A stretch of DNA of 64,000 nt from an uncultured Chloroflexia bacterium (GCA_963748625.1 CAVVJT010000010.1:992001-1056000), one strand, 5' to 3'; positions 21,637 to 34,163 are shown, numbered from the stretch's first letter. Program-made: numbers and translations. Notes: a model not told the origin generated them from the sequence alone.

Positions 21637-23340
21637 CTAGAGCCGCCGGCCGCGGGTCAGGCTTCCGAAGAGACCGCGCAGGACGGCCTCACCGAGATCG
21701 CCGTCCACGGCTCGGCCAACGGTCCGGGCGACCTCCCGGTACGTCTTCTGGCGCTCCTTCTCCAGGGCCGCCGCCTCGCGCTCCTGGGCGCGCCGCTCAC
21801 GTCGCTGCGTCTCGAGCTCCTTGGCGCGGCGCGCGATCTCACGCTTCTCCTGGGCCGGGGTCATGCCGCCGTAACCGGTCGAGGCCGGCGCGCTCCCTTC
21901 CGCGGCCTCTGGCCACACCTTGCGGAGCTGCTCCTCGCTGGCCTTCGCCGACGCCTCCGCGTCGGCTGCCGCCGTGGCTGCCGCCTTCGCCGCGGCGAGC
22001 CGCGCGGAGATGATCTCGTGCGCGCTCTGCGGGTCAAGCGCCTCCGCGTAGCGCCCCGCCAGTGGTGAGGCGGCGATCACCGCGTCCAGCTCCGCCGGGG
22101 AGAGGGGCGCCATCCGGGAGTCCGGGGGCACCAGGCGGGTCGCGGCCAGCGGCGTGGGCACGCCGTTGGGTCCCAGCACCGTCACCAGCGCCTCACCGAT
22201 GCCGAGCGTCGTGAGCGTGCGCTCCACGTCGTAGTGATCGGTCAGCGGGAACGTGCGTGCGGACTTGCGAAGGTCGTCGGCGTCATCGGCCGTGAACGCC
22301 CGGAGCGCGTGCTGGACGCGGTTGCCCAGCTGGCCCAGCACCGATGACGGCACGTCGGTGGGAGCCTGGGTCACGAACCACACACCGACACCCTTGGACC
22401 GGATGAGGCGGGCCGTCCGCTCGATCTGCTCCATCAGCGCGTCGGACGCGTCGGCGAACAGGAGGTGCGCCTCATCGAAGAAGAAGGCAAGCTTCGGCTT
22501 GGGCAGATCGCCCTCCTCGGGGAGCGATTCGTACAACTGCGCGAGCAGCCACAACACGAACGTGGAGTACAGCCGCGGCCGCTCCATGACGTCGGCGACC
22601 TCGAGCAGGCTGACCACACCCTTGCCGTCGGCGGTGGTGCGCATGAGGTCGTCCGGGTCGAACTCGGGCTCGCCGAAGAGGTCGGCCGCGCCCTCCTGCT
22701 CCAGCATCACCAGCGAGCGCAGGATCACGCCCAGGGTGGCCGAGCTCATGCCGCCGAGATCCTCGAGGATCGGCTTGGCCTCGTCCGTGCCCAGGAACTT
22801 GAGCGTCGTGCGCAGGTCGGCGAGATCCAGGAGCGGCAGGCTCTCGCGGTCGCAGTAGTGGAAGACCATCGCGAGCACGCTCGACTGGGTCTCGTTGAGG
22901 TCGAGGACCTTGGCCAGGAGGAGCGGGCCGAAGGACGACACCGACGCACGTACGTGGGCGCCGCGAGCCCCGGTGAGCGAGAGAATCTCCACCGGGTACG
23001 CCTGCGGCGTGAACGTCCAGGCGAGCGAGGCGCTGCGCTGGGCGACCTTGGGGTTGGTGCCGTCTCCCGGCGCACCGAGACCGGACAGGTCGCCCTTGAC
23101 GTCCACCGCGAACACGGGGACGCCGGCCGCCGACAGCTGGCCCGCGAGCAGCTGCAGGGTCTTGGTCTTGCCAGTGCCCGTGGCGCCCGCGATGAGCCCG
23201 TGGCGGTTGACGCGTGAGAGCGGGATGGCGACCCGGACGTCGGCGAGCACCTCGCCATCCTTCATCGGCGAGCCGAGCACGATCGTGGGCTCATCGAACG
23301 TGTAGCCGGCTGCCATGTCGGCGCGGAACGCCTCGTCCAC
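21637..23340 (-). CDS. HerA-like/DUF853 (YjgR-type) P-loop ATPase
   Basis: NRHGLIAGATGTGKTKTLQ, DVKGDLSG, FFDEAHLLF, LIRSKGVG, QLGNRVQHALRAFT. Confidence 0.9.
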   Translation of the reverse strand: MDEAFRADMAAGYTFDEPTIVLGSPMKDGEVLADVRVAIPLSRVNRHGLIAGATGTGKTKTLQLLAGQLSAAGVPVFAVDVKGDLSGLGAPGDGTNPKVAQRSASLAWTFTPQAYPVEILSLTGARGAHVRASVSSFGPLLLAKVLDLNETQSSVLAMVFHYCDRESLPLLDLADLRTTLKFLGTDEAKPILEDLGGMSSATLGVILRSLVMLEQEGAADLFGEPEFDPDDLMRTTADGKGVVSLLEVADVMERPRLYSTFVLWLLAQLYESLPEEGDLPKPKLAFFFDEAHLLFADASDALMEQIERTARLIRSKGVGVWFVTQAPTDVPSSVLGQLGNRVQHALRAFTADDADDLRKSARTFPLTDHYDVERTLTTLGIGEALVTVLGPNGVPTPLAATRLVPPDSRMAPLSPAELDAVIAASPLAGRYAEALDPQSAHEIISARLAAAKAAATAAADAEASAKASEEQLRKVWPEAAEGSAPASTGYGGMTPAQEKREIARRAKELETQRRERRAQEREAAALEKERQKTYREVARTVGRAVDGDLGEAVLRGLFGSLTRGRRL

Positions 23341-23427
23341 GATGCCTCCTCACCGCTCCTGGTCAGTGACCGGGCCGGGGACGCAGGGCACGAGCCCCGG
23401 CTGCGACCATGATCGCTCGCCGGGGTC

Positions 23428-23662
23428 GCGCGTGCCAGCGGTTCGCAGCGCGTGCCAGCGGTTCGCGGCGCGTAGCCCCTCGTGGGCATGCCGCCTCCCG
23501 CTGGGCGGGCCTTGCGTGCGGCCCTCGGGCTTGCCGCCTCCCGCTGGGGGGCCTTGCGCGCGGGATCCTGCACGTTCGGCCCGCCAGGCGGGAGGATCGG
23601 GGGATTTCGCGGCCCCAGGGTCGCCATCTGCCCGCTGCGCGGCACGGGTGTGCAGAATTCCG
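23428..23662. repeat. Intergenic tandem duplications plus a long-spacer inverted repeat
   Basis: gcgcgtgccagcggttcgc x2 (23428-23466); tgccgcctcccgctggg x2 (23489, 23532); arms cgggatcctgcac (23561-23573) and gtgcagaattccg (23650-23662). Confidence 0.65.
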
Positions 23663-23727
23663 CATGCAGCGCCCGCCACGTGGCAGGCGGGGACCTGGTC
23701 CCGTTGCGCGCGGACGGAGCACGAGGA

Positions 23728-24603
23728 TCAGTCCTCGGGCGCCCTCGGGTAGGTGCCCAGGATCCGGACCACCTCGGTCTCGCCGCGCAGCTCGTCGAGG
23801 GCGGCGGCCAGCGCAGGCTCGGACGGATCGCCGTCGAGGTCCACCCAGAACAGGTACTCCCAACGCACCTCGGCCTCGGTCCAGGGCCTGGACTCCAGGC
23901 GCACGAGGTTGATGCCGCGTGTCGCGAACGCACCCAGCGACCGGTACAGCGACCCCGCCACGTTGCGGACGGCGAAGACCAGCGACGTCCTGGGCGGGCC
24001 TGACACGGCCGCCTCCGACGCCTCCGCCCGCACTGAAGCCTCACGCCCCGGCGCGCACAGCACGGCGAACCGGGTCCGGTTGCTGTCGCCCGACTGGATG
24101 TCCGCTGCGACCACCTCGAGGCCGTAGAGCGGCGCGACCCGGGCCGACGCCACCGCCGCCGCACCCCGCTCCCCGCGCTCGGCGACCTGCTTGGCTGCCC
24201 CCGCCGTGTTGTACGTGGTCAGGATCTGCCACGGGCGAGAGGCCAGGAATGCATCCGCTTGGGCGAGCGCCGCGGTGATGGAGTACACGCGCTCGATGGA
24301 GCCGAGCGTCTCGCCGGGCAGGGCGAGCAGCGCCAGCCGCACAGGCACAGAGACCTCACCCGCGACCGGCAGCGAGAACTCCCAGAGCAGGTCGGAGTTC
24401 TCGCGGATCGACCCCAGCAGCGACGACTCCACCGGCACGACGCCCGCCTCGACCGAGCCATCGCGCACCGCCTCGAACACGGCGCGGAACGAGGACATGG
24501 GCACGGGCGCAGGATCGGCGAAGAACCGCAGCACCGCCTCTTCCGCGAAGGCACCAGGCTCGCCGGTGTACGCGACGCGCAGGCGCACCTTGTGCCCACT
24601 CAC
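23728..24603 (-). CDS. pheA: Prephenate dehydratase with ACT domain
   Basis: AYTGEPGAFAE, VPVES, NRTRF, ACT domain GINLVRLESRP...WEYLFWVD. GTGA overlap with the upstream gene. Confidence 0.9.
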   Translation of the reverse strand: MSGHKVRLRVAYTGEPGAFAEEAVLRFFADPAPVPMSSFRAVFEAVRDGSVEAGVVPVESSLLGSIRENSDLLWEFSLPVAGEVSVPVRLALLALPGETLGSIERVYSITAALAQADAFLASRPWQILTTYNTAGAAKQVAERGERGAAAVASARVAPLYGLEVVAADIQSGDSNRTRFAVLCAPGREASVRAEASEAAVSGPPRTSLVFAVRNVAGSLYRSLGAFATRGINLVRLESRPWTEAEVRWEYLFWVDLDGDPSEPALAAALDELRGETEVVRILGTYPRAPED

Positions 24604-25499
24604 GCCCTGGAGCCCCGCGTCACCTGCACGGACACCGGGATTGCGAGCGTCCCGTCCGGCCGGCGATGCACCGCACACAGCCCATCGAACGCCTCCCTGA
24701 TCGCGGCCTGCACCTCGGGTGCCTGGTGGATCACCAGCGACGGCACCCGGACGGCCGAGTCCAGGATCCCCCGCCACAGCGTGCCGGCGTCGGGCACGAC
24801 GGCCTCGAACATGATGTGGCTGATCCCCACCCGCTCGAAGCCGGCGGCGATGAACAGGTCGCGAAGCTCCTCGTCGGAGCGGAAGTTCGTGGGCCCTTCC
24901 GGGACGCCGGCTGGTGCCACCGCGCCGGCCGCCGCCACCGCGTCCAGCATGAGCCCAAGGACCCGGTTGCGCCGCGGCGCATCCCAGCTCGCGAGCGCAA
25001 GCCAGCCCCCGGTCCGCAGCACCCGTCGCGCCTCGCGCATCGCCACCTCGGGCCGCCCAACGTGGTTGAGCACGAAGTTGCCGAGCACCGCGTCAAACGT
25101 CCCGCGTCCGGCCGGGATCTCTTCGAAGCTGCCAATCCGGAACGGGATCGACGGGTGGGCGATGGCCGCCCGACGCACCATGGACGGCGCGACATCGATG
25201 CCCACGGTGTCCGCGCCCAGCTCCGCGGCGGCAGCCGCCAGGTCGCCGGGGCCGCAGCCGACGTCGAGCACCTCTGCCCCCGGCGCGACCTCCGCAACGG
25301 CCAGGAGCGTGCGGCCCACCCGCCCCGTGATCGGGCGCAGGAAGTCATACGAGCTGGCGACGGCCTCCCAGCCGGCAGCCTCGAAGCGGTTGAACGCCTC
25401 GGCGTCGATCGGGATCGCGGGAGCGGCCGCACCGGCATCGGGCGCCGACTCCGCGCCGACGACCCTCGCAGCCTCGCCCCCGCCTACCGGTTGAACCAC
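24600..25499 (-). CDS. Class I SAM-dependent methyltransferase (start uncertain)
   Basis: VLDVGCGPG, GIDVAPSM, FDAVLGNF, RVLRTGG. Confidence 0.85.
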   Translation of the reverse strand: MVQPVGGGEAARVVGAESAPDAGAAAPAIPIDAEAFNRFEAAGWEAVASSYDFLRPITGRVGRTLLAVAEVAPGAEVLDVGCGPGDLAAAAAELGADTVGIDVAPSMVRRAAIAHPSIPFRIGSFEEIPAGRGTFDAVLGNFVLNHVGRPEVAMREARRVLRTGGWLALASWDAPRRNRVLGLMLDAVAAAGAVAPAGVPEGPTNFRSDEELRDLFIAAGFERVGISHIMFEAVVPDAGTLWRGILDSAVRVPSLVIHQAPEVQAAIREAFDGLCAVHRRPDGTLAIPVSVQVTRGSRA

Positions 25500-26040
25500 T
25501 CCGTCGCGTCGATGGGCTCGGCCTCGACGACCAGCTCGGCACCGGCGTGGTGCTCCGGCGCCGCGGGGACACCCTCTGCCGACGCGGCCGCCTCGGGCGC
25601 GCCCGCCCAGGACTCCACGGCCAGCAGCGCGTTGAGCGCCTGGACGTAGGCCTCCACGGACGCCGCGAGGATGCTGTTGGACGACACCTCCGCCGCGAAC
25701 TCGCCCTCAGCGCGGCTGCCGGTCGCAGCTGCGGGCGGGGCGACCCTGACCGAGGCCCGGCCCTCCGCATCGGTGCCCTCGGCGAGCGCGTGGACGTCGT
25801 AGGCGACCAGCCGCGGCTGCCCGCCCAGGATGGCCCGCAGTGCCGAGTCCACCGCGGAGAAGAGCGCGTCGATCGCGCCCGTCCCCTCAGCCGAGGCCTG
25901 CCAGTCACGCCCGCCGCCCGAGAGGACGACCGCGGCCCGGCTGGTCGTGTTGGACCCGGCCGTGACCGTCCAGCGCTCCAGGCGAACCGGCTCGGCCGAC
26001 GATGGGGCCGCGGAACCGGGCGCGGAACGTGCCGGCTCGC

Positions 26041-26044
<4 letters not shown>
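25484..26044 (-). CDS. Stand-alone LeuA/CimA C-terminal allosteric (dimerisation) domain protein
   Basis: Collinear with the C-terminal domain of LeuA in this window: GTGAIDAL vs GNGPVNAL, YDVHAL.EGTDAEG vs YEIKAV.GDGDAQG, NSILAASVEAY vs TNIIEASLEAY. ATGA overlap with cimA. Confidence 0.8.
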
Positions 26045-27690
<1,646 letters not shown>

Positions 27691-27778
27691 GGGAGCGTGA
27701 TCCGTTTCGGGGTGCGGGGAGGTGTTGGCGATCCGGTCTCGGCCGGCCACCCGCTCGCGTCGGAGCGGGCACCGGCCG

Positions 27779-28948
27779 TCAAATCGCGATCCGGTCCCCG
27801 ATGACCCGGGCCATCTCCCTGGTGCCCACGAGCGTGACCGCCTCCCCGTCCGCGGAGCCCGCGGCGAGCAGGTCCTTGGTGCGATAGCCCGCGTTGAGGG
27901 CGTCGTTGACGGCGGCCTCGATGGCATCGGCGGCCTCCGCCTGGCCCAGCGACCAGCGCAGCATCATCGCCGCGGACAGGATGGTCCCCAGCGGGTTCGC
28001 CAGGTCCTGGCCCGCGATGTCCGGTGCCGAGCCGTGGATGGGCTCGTAGAGGCCGTGGGTGCCGTGCGCAGTCTTGTGCACCCCGAGCGACGCCGACGGG
28101 AGCATGCCCAGCGAGCCCGCGATGACCGCGGCCTCGTCGGACAGGATGTCGCCGAACAGGTTCTCGGTGACGAGCACGTCGAAGCCTGCCGGCCATTTGG
28201 CAAGGATCATGGCGGCGCTGTCGACCAGGCGGTGCTCCAGCTCCACGTCGGGGAAGTCCACGCGGACCTCCTCGGTGACCTTGCGCCACAGGCGGCTGGT
28301 GGCGAGGACGTTCGCCTTGTCCACCTGCGTGACCTTCTTGCGGCGGCCGCGGGCCAGCTCGAACGCCAGGGTGACGATGCGCCGGATCTCGCCCTCGGTG
28401 TACCAGAGGGTGTCGATGGCGGCGCGCTCGCCGTCGGGCAGGGTGCGCTGCTCGGACGGCTTGCCGAAGTAGAGGCCGGACGTGAGCTCGCGGAGGATCA
28501 GGCAGTCCACGCCCTCGAGGAGCTCCGGCTTGAGCGGACTCGCGCCGATGAGCTGCGGAAAGACGGTGATCGGGCGCAGGTTCGCGTACAGGCCGAGGCC
28601 CCCGCGCAGGGCGAACAGGGCCTGCTCCGGGCGCACGGCGGCGTCCGGGTTGTCCCACTTCGGCCCGCCGACCGCGCCGAGGAGCACGGCGTCGGCAGCA
28701 CGGCAGGCTTCGACGTCCTCGGGCCGGCAGGCGATGCCGTACGCATCGATGCCCGCACCGCCGACGACGAGGTTGTCCCATGCGAAGCCGAAGCCGAAGC
28801 GGCGGCCGGCGGCCTCGAGGACGCTCACCGCACCGTCGATGACCTCCGGCCCGACCCCGTCACCCGGGATCAGCGCGACCCGGTAGGTCGTCCGCGCCCG
28901 GTCCACGGTCTGTTCCGGGTCCGTCCCGGTGCTGCCAGCCTCCGTCAC
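27779..28948 (-). CDS. leuB: 3-isopropylmalate dehydrogenase
   Basis: PGDGVGPE, GAVGGPKW, RELTSGLYFG, NLFGDILSDEA, YEPIHGSAPDIAG. Confidence 0.95.
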   Translation of the reverse strand: MTEAGSTGTDPEQTVDRARTTYRVALIPGDGVGPEVIDGAVSVLEAAGRRFGFGFAWDNLVVGGAGIDAYGIACRPEDVEACRAADAVLLGAVGGPKWDNPDAAVRPEQALFALRGGLGLYANLRPITVFPQLIGASPLKPELLEGVDCLILRELTSGLYFGKPSEQRTLPDGERAAIDTLWYTEGEIRRIVTLAFELARGRRKKVTQVDKANVLATSRLWRKVTEEVRVDFPDVELEHRLVDSAAMILAKWPAGFDVLVTENLFGDILSDEAAVIAGSLGMLPSASLGVHKTAHGTHGLYEPIHGSAPDIAGQDLANPLGTILSAAMMLRWSLGQAEAADAIEAAVNDALNAGYRTKDLLAAGSADGEAVTLVGTREMARVIGDRIAI

Positions 28949-30588
28949 GGGAGGTCCTCGACCTCGCGCCTGCCCACGAATGCCACCTCGACACCGTTGA
29001 TCTCGGCGCCGTGGAGCTTGTTCGCCGCCACGAGGTAGGCCTCCAGCGAGGCCTCGATGATGTTCGTGGAAAGACCGTGGCCGGTGACCAGCAGCGCGCC
29101 CGGACCCTCGTCCGACGAGCGGCGGGCACGGACCAGGACCTGGCCCTGGGCGTCACCGTCACCGGAGACCGCCTTGATCTCGTAGTCCGACAGGACCGGG
29201 AACCAACCCAGGACCGGCTGGACCGCCTCGTCCACCGCCTTGTAGAGCGCGTTGACCGGGCCGTTGCCGGTCGACGAGCCCGCCTTCGCCTCGCCCTTGA
29301 CCACCAGCGAGACCGAACCGACCGAGTGGCCACCCGACGCGGAGCTGACACTCCAGCCGAGCATCTCGATCGAGCGCGGCACGTCCGACTGCTTCTGCTC
29401 GAGGAGGGCGAGCAGGTCGTTGTCGGTGACCTCCTTCTTGCTGTCGGCCAGCGCGATGGCGGCGCGGTAGACCGCGTCGAGCTGGTCCCCCTCCACCTCG
29501 TGGCCCAGCTCGCGCAGCTTGCCCTGGAGCCCGCGCCGGCCGGACAGCTTGCCGATCGACAGGGTGCTTCCGGACAGCCCGACGGACTGCGGGGTCATGA
29601 TCTCGTAGGTGAGCGGGTTCTTGAGGAAGCCGTCCTGGTGGATGCCCGACTCGTGCGCGAACGCATTGGAGCCCACGATCGCCTTGTTGGGCTGGATCGC
29701 GAAGCCGGTCAGGTAGCTGACGAGCCGGCTGGCCGGGGTGATCTGCTCGGTCTGGACGCCTGCCGCGAGGCTCGGAAACTGGCCCGGGCGCGTGCGCAGG
29801 GCCATGATCACCTCTTCGAGCGACGCGTTGCCCGCGCGCTCGCCGAGGCCGTTGATGGTCACCTCGACCTGGCGGGCGCCCGCCTGCACCGCGGCCAGGG
29901 TGTTCGCCGTGGCGAGGCCCAGGTCGTTGTGGCAATGGACGCTGATGACGGCCTGGTCGTTGATCCGGCGCTTGACCTCGCTGACGAGGTTGCCGAACTC
30001 GGCCGGGATCGCATAGCCAACGGTGTCGGGGATGTTGAGCGTGGTTGCACCGGCCTCGGTGACCGCCTCGTACACGTCGAGCAGGTACGGGATCTCCGTC
30101 CGGCTGGCGTCCTCGGCCGAGAACTCGATCTCGGCGTCGCGGCCCAGGGCCTCGCGAGCCCATGTGACCCAGCGGACGGCCTCCTTGAGAGCCTGGTCGC
30201 GGCTGATGCGGAGCTTGTGCTTGAGGTGGATGTCGGAGGTGGCGATGAACAGGTGCAGGTGGGGACGCTCGGCGATGCCGATGGCCTCCACGGCACGCTG
30301 CGGATCACCGTCCTTGCAGCGGGCGAGCGCGGCGACGGCGATCCCGCCCCTGGTCTCCTGGGCAATGCGGCGGACCGCCTCGAAGTCGCCCGGTGATGCG
30401 CTCGGGAAGCCCGCCTCGATGACGTCCACCTTGAGGCGCACGAGCTGGCGTGCGACCTCCAGCTTCTCCGCGGCGGTGAGGCCGGCGCCGGGCGCCTGCT
30501 CGCCGTCACGGAGGGTGGTGTCGAAGATCCGGATCTTCCCGGCCGCGACGCCCTCGCCGAAGCGGGGGGTGATGGCCTCGAACGTCAT
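28945..30588 (-). CDS. leuA: 2-isopropylmalate synthase
   Basis: IFDTTLRDGEQAPG, VHCHNDLGLA, GERAGN, AHESGIHQDG, plus a C-terminal regulatory domain. Confidence 0.95.
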   Translation of the reverse strand: MTFEAITPRFGEGVAAGKIRIFDTTLRDGEQAPGAGLTAAEKLEVARQLVRLKVDVIEAGFPSASPGDFEAVRRIAQETRGGIAVAALARCKDGDPQRAVEAIGIAERPHLHLFIATSDIHLKHKLRISRDQALKEAVRWVTWAREALGRDAEIEFSAEDASRTEIPYLLDVYEAVTEAGATTLNIPDTVGYAIPAEFGNLVSEVKRRINDQAVISVHCHNDLGLATANTLAAVQAGARQVEVTINGLGERAGNASLEEVIMALRTRPGQFPSLAAGVQTEQITPASRLVSYLTGFAIQPNKAIVGSNAFAHESGIHQDGFLKNPLTYEIMTPQSVGLSGSTLSIGKLSGRRGLQGKLRELGHEVEGDQLDAVYRAAIALADSKKEVTDNDLLALLEQKQSDVPRSIEMLGWSVSSASGGHSVGSVSLVVKGEAKAGSSTGNGPVNALYKAVDEAVQPVLGWFPVLSDYEIKAVSGDGDAQGQVLVRARRSSDEGPGALLVTGHGLSTNIIEASLEAYLVAANKLHGAEINGVEVAFVGRREVEDLP

Positions 30589-30590
30589 GG

Positions 30591-31643
30591 CTACTTCTCC
30601 GCGCCCGGTACCGAGCTGGCCACGGCCTGGGCCTGGCCGGCCTCGACGACGACGGGCTTGAGGAACGGCATCTTCGCGCGGAGGTCCGCGCCGACCTGCT
30701 CGATCTGGTGGTGCTTGTCCTTCTCGCGCAGCTCGCGGAACTCGCCGCCGCCCGCGTCCTGGACCGCGATCCAGCGCTCGGCGAAGGAGCCGCTCTGGAT
30801 GTCGGTGAGAACGTCCTTCATGGCTGCCTTGGCGCCCTCGGTCACGCGCGGGCCGCTGACGTAGTCGCCGAACTCGGCGGTGTCGCTGACGCTGAAGCGC
30901 ATGAAGTTGAGGCCACCGCGGTACATGAGGTCCACGATGAGCTTGAGCTCGTGCATGGTCTCGAAGTACGCGAGCTCGGGCTGGTAACCGGCCTCCACGA
31001 GCGTCTCGAACGCGGCCTTCACCAGGGCGGAGACGCCGCCGCACAGGAGGGCCTGCTCGCCGAACAGGTCGGTCTCGGTCTCCTCCTTGAAGGTGGTCTC
31101 GAGGACGCCTGCGCGGGTGTTGCCGTTGCCGCGCGCATAGGCGAGGACGCGGGCGCGCGCCGTGCCGGATGCGTCCTGCTCGACGGCGAACAGCGCCGGC
31201 ACCCCGCCGCCCTGCTCGTACACGGAGCGGACGAGGTGGCCGGGGCCCTTCGGGGCGACCATGCCCACGTCGATGGTGGCGGGCGGCTGGATGCGGGCGA
31301 ACCGGATGTTGAACCCGTGGGCGAACATGAGGAGCGCGCCCGGCTTGAGGTTGGGCTCGATCTCGGCGTCGTAGACGGACTTCTGCACGGTGTCGGGCAG
31401 GGCGATCATGATCACGTCGGCAGCCTTGACGGCATCCGCGACGCTCTTGACCTCGAAGCCCGCCGCCTCGGCGAGGGCACGGGACTTGGAGCCCTCGGCC
31501 AGGCCGACGATCACGCTCAGGCCCGAGTCGCGCAGGTTGGCCGCATGGGCGTGGCCCTGGGAGCCGTAGCCGAGGACCGCGATGGTCTGCCCCTCGAGCG
31601 CCGAGAGATCGGCATCGGCGTCGTAGTACATCTTCGCGGTCAC
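30591..31643 (-). CDS. ilvC: Ketol-acid reductoisomerase
   Basis: [39 protein letters not shown]. Confidence 0.97.
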   Translation of the reverse strand: MTAKMYYDADADLSALEGQTIAVLGYGSQGHAHAANLRDSGLSVIVGLAEGSKSRALAEAAGFEVKSVADAVKAADVIMIALPDTVQKSVYDAEIEPNLKPGALLMFAHGFNIRFARIQPPATIDVGMVAPKGPGHLVRSVYEQGGGVPALFAVEQDASGTARARVLAYARGNGNTRAGVLETTFKEETETDLFGEQALLCGGVSALVKAAFETLVEAGYQPELAYFETMHELKLIVDLMYRGGLNFMRFSVSDTAEFGDYVSGPRVTEGAKAAMKDVLTDIQSGSFAERWIAVQDAGGGEFRELREKDKHHQIEQVGADLRAKMPFLKPVVVEAGQAQAVASSVPGAEK

Positions 31644-32257
31644 AGCTTGAGCGCCTCCTCGATGGAGCCCGCGCCGCGCAGCATCACCGTTGCGCCGGTG
31701 CGGACCAGTTCCTTGATGCCGTAGGTGCGGAGCAGCGCGACGAGCGCGTCGATCTCCGCCTCGGTGCCATGCGCCTCGACGATCACCGACTCGGCGGAGA
31801 TGTCGACGATGGCGCCCTTGTAGAGCTCCACGATCTTGATGACCTCGCCGCGGTTGGAGTCCGTGGCGCGGACCTTGACCAGGGCCAGCTCATGCTCCAC
31901 GAGCTGGTCCTCGGTGACGTCCTGGACCTTGAGCACGTCCACCAGGCGGTACAGCTGCTTGGCGGCCTGCTCCACGGCGACCGCATCCCCGTGCAGGGTG
32001 AGGGTCATCCGGCTGATGTTCTCCTTGTCGGTCCGGGAGACCGCCAGGGAGTCGATGTTGAAATTGCGGGCCCGCATCAGGCTGGCCACCCGGTTGAGGA
32101 CGCCGGGGCGGTCCATGACGAGAACGACGAGGATGTGGCGCTGGGCAGCGCCGGTGCCGGGCACGGCGCGGGCCGGCACGGTGTGGGCGATGGTCGCGGC
32201 CGGGGCTGGGGTGGTATGCGCCGGGGCCTGGGGCTGGGGGGCGTTCTGAGCGCTCAT
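31640..32257 (-). CDS. ilvN: Acetolactate synthase small (regulatory) subunit
   Basis: [36 protein letters not shown]. Confidence 0.93.
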   Translation of the reverse strand: MSAQNAPQPQAPAHTTPAPAATIAHTVPARAVPGTGAAQRHILVVLVMDRPGVLNRVASLMRARNFNIDSLAVSRTDKENISRMTLTLHGDAVAVEQAAKQLYRLVDVLKVQDVTEDQLVEHELALVKVRATDSNRGEVIKIVELYKGAIVDISAESVIVEAHGTEAEIDALVALLRTYGIKELVRTGATVMLRGAGSIEEALKL

Positions 32258-34116
32258 TCCTCGGGTGCTCCGTCGATCAGGTCGGACAGGCCCTTGCCCG
32301 CGGGCATGATGGGGAAGACGTTCTGCTCCTCGACCGTCTCGAACCAGATCAGCGCGGGACCGTCGACGGCCTGCGCCTTGCGGATGGCGTCATCGACGCC
32401 GTCCGTGGTGGTGACCTTGAAGGCGGGCACGCCGTAGGCCTGGGCCAGCATCACGAAGTCCGGGCCGGGCAGGTGGCTGGAGTGGTAGTTGCCCGCGTAG
32501 AAGAGCTCCTGCCACTGGCGGATCATGCCCAGCTTGTGGTTGTCCAGGATCGCAATCTTGACCGGGATCCGGTCCGCGACCAGGGTCATGAGCTCCTGGC
32601 TGGTCATCTGGAAGCCGCCGTCGCCGCAGACCGCCCATGTCTCGTTCCTGGGGTTGCCCAGGGCCGCACCCATGGCTGCGGGAACCGCGTACCCCATGGT
32701 GCCCAGGCCGCCCGAGCTGATGTGGCTGTGGGGCCGGCGGAACTTGGTGTAGCGAGCGAGCCACATCTGGTTCTGGCCGACGTCCGCGACGTAGGTGGCC
32801 ACGTGGCCGGTGAGGTCACCGATGCGCTCGCAGATGTAGTCCGCGGTGAGTGCGCCGGTCTGCCAGCCACCGGAGCCGTGCCAGGACGAGCCCTCGGACT
32901 CCGTGCGCCACTCGGCGAGCTGGGCGAAGTACTCCTTGCGGGTCTCGGGAGCCACCGCGTGGACGAACTTGGTGAGGCCCTGGAGGACGTTCTTCGCGTC
33001 GCCCACGATCGGGACCTCGACCGCGACGTTCTTGCCGATCTCCGCGGGATCGATGTCCGCGTGGATGATCCGGGCGTACGGGGCGTAGGTCTTGACGCTG
33101 CCCGTGACCCGGTCGTCGAAGCGCATGCCGATGGCGATGAGCAGGTCGGCCGACTGGATCGCGCGGTTGACGTGCTTCCAGCCGTGCATGCCCATGTAGC
33201 CGTAGGCGAGCGGGTCGTCCTCGTCGATGACCCCGACGCCCAGGAGGGTCCAGGCCACGGGGATCTGGGCCTTGTCGGCGAAGGCCTTGAGCTCATCCCA
33301 GGCCTCGGCGATGAGGACGCCGTGCCCGGCCAGGATCAGCGGGCGCTTGGCGTTCGCGATCTCCCTGGCGGCCGTCTTGAGCTGCTTGGGGTGGCCCTCG
33401 AGGTTCGGGCGGAAGCCCGGGAGGCCGGCGATGACATCGTCGAGGGAGGGATGCTCGACGCGGGTCTCGGCCTGGAGGGCGTCCTTGGTGATGTCGATGT
33501 GGACCGGGCCCGGCCGTCCGTGGGCGGCGATGTAGAAGGCCTCGGCGACGATGCGCGGGATGTCGTCGGCGTTGCGGACCAGGTAGTTGTGCTTCGTCAT
33601 CGGCAGGGTGATGCCGGTGATGTCGATCTCCTGGAAGGCATCCTTCCCGATGAGGGCGCCGGGCACGTTGCCGGTGATCGCAACCATCGGCACGGAGTCC
33701 AGCTGTGCGGTGGCGATGCCGGTGACGAGGTTGGTGGCCCCTGGACCGCTGGTGCCCATGCAGACACCGACCCGGCCGCTGGCCCGCGCATAGCCGTCGG
33801 CCGCGTGGGCGCCGCCCTGCTCGTGGCGGACGAGGATGTGGCGGATCTGGGGGTAGTCGCCGAGGATGTCGTAGATCGGCAGGATCACGCCGCCCGGATA
33901 GCTGAAGAGCGTGTCGGCGCCCTGGAGGATGAGGGCCTCCATGAGCGCGTCGGCGCCGATCCGCGTCCGCTTCCTGCCGCGGACCTCATGGAGCATCTCC
34001 CGACGTGCCTGCTCGACCGCCGCGGCCGCCGCCGTGCCATCACCCGGCACATGGCTGCGACGCGGCGCGGTGTCATCGGCCGGACTGGCCGGCGACTCGC
34101 CCTTCGTCATCGTCAT
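32254..34116 (-). CDS. ilvB: Acetolactate synthase large subunit (biosynthetic)
   Basis: YPGG, VRHEQGG, TSGPGATN, GMHG, RFDDRVT, DVGQNQMW, TPP motif GDGGFQM...N. Confidence 0.95.
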   Translation of the reverse strand: MTMTKGESPASPADDTAPRRSHVPGDGTAAAAAVEQARREMLHEVRGRKRTRIGADALMEALILQGADTLFSYPGGVILPIYDILGDYPQIRHILVRHEQGGAHAADGYARASGRVGVCMGTSGPGATNLVTGIATAQLDSVPMVAITGNVPGALIGKDAFQEIDITGITLPMTKHNYLVRNADDIPRIVAEAFYIAAHGRPGPVHIDITKDALQAETRVEHPSLDDVIAGLPGFRPNLEGHPKQLKTAAREIANAKRPLILAGHGVLIAEAWDELKAFADKAQIPVAWTLLGVGVIDEDDPLAYGYMGMHGWKHVNRAIQSADLLIAIGMRFDDRVTGSVKTYAPYARIIHADIDPAEIGKNVAVEVPIVGDAKNVLQGLTKFVHAVAPETRKEYFAQLAEWRTESEGSSWHGSGGWQTGALTADYICERIGDLTGHVATYVADVGQNQMWLARYTKFRRPHSHISSGGLGTMGYAVPAAMGAALGNPRNETWAVCGDGGFQMTSQELMTLVADRIPVKIAILDNHKLGMIRQWQELFYAGNYHSSHLPGPDFVMLAQAYGVPAFKVTTTDGVDDAIRKAQAVDGPALIWFETVEEQNVFPIMPAGKGLSDLIDGAPEE

Positions 34117-34163
34117 CTCGGTTGCCTGGTCCCTCTCTCCGGCAGGTCCCGCGACCACCGGAC

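Noticed and set aside
21637-23340. HerA-like ATPase as an anti-phage defence component
   Set aside because: Its motifs match the widespread stand-alone DUF853/YjgR family, and no partner nuclease or sirtuin is adjacent.
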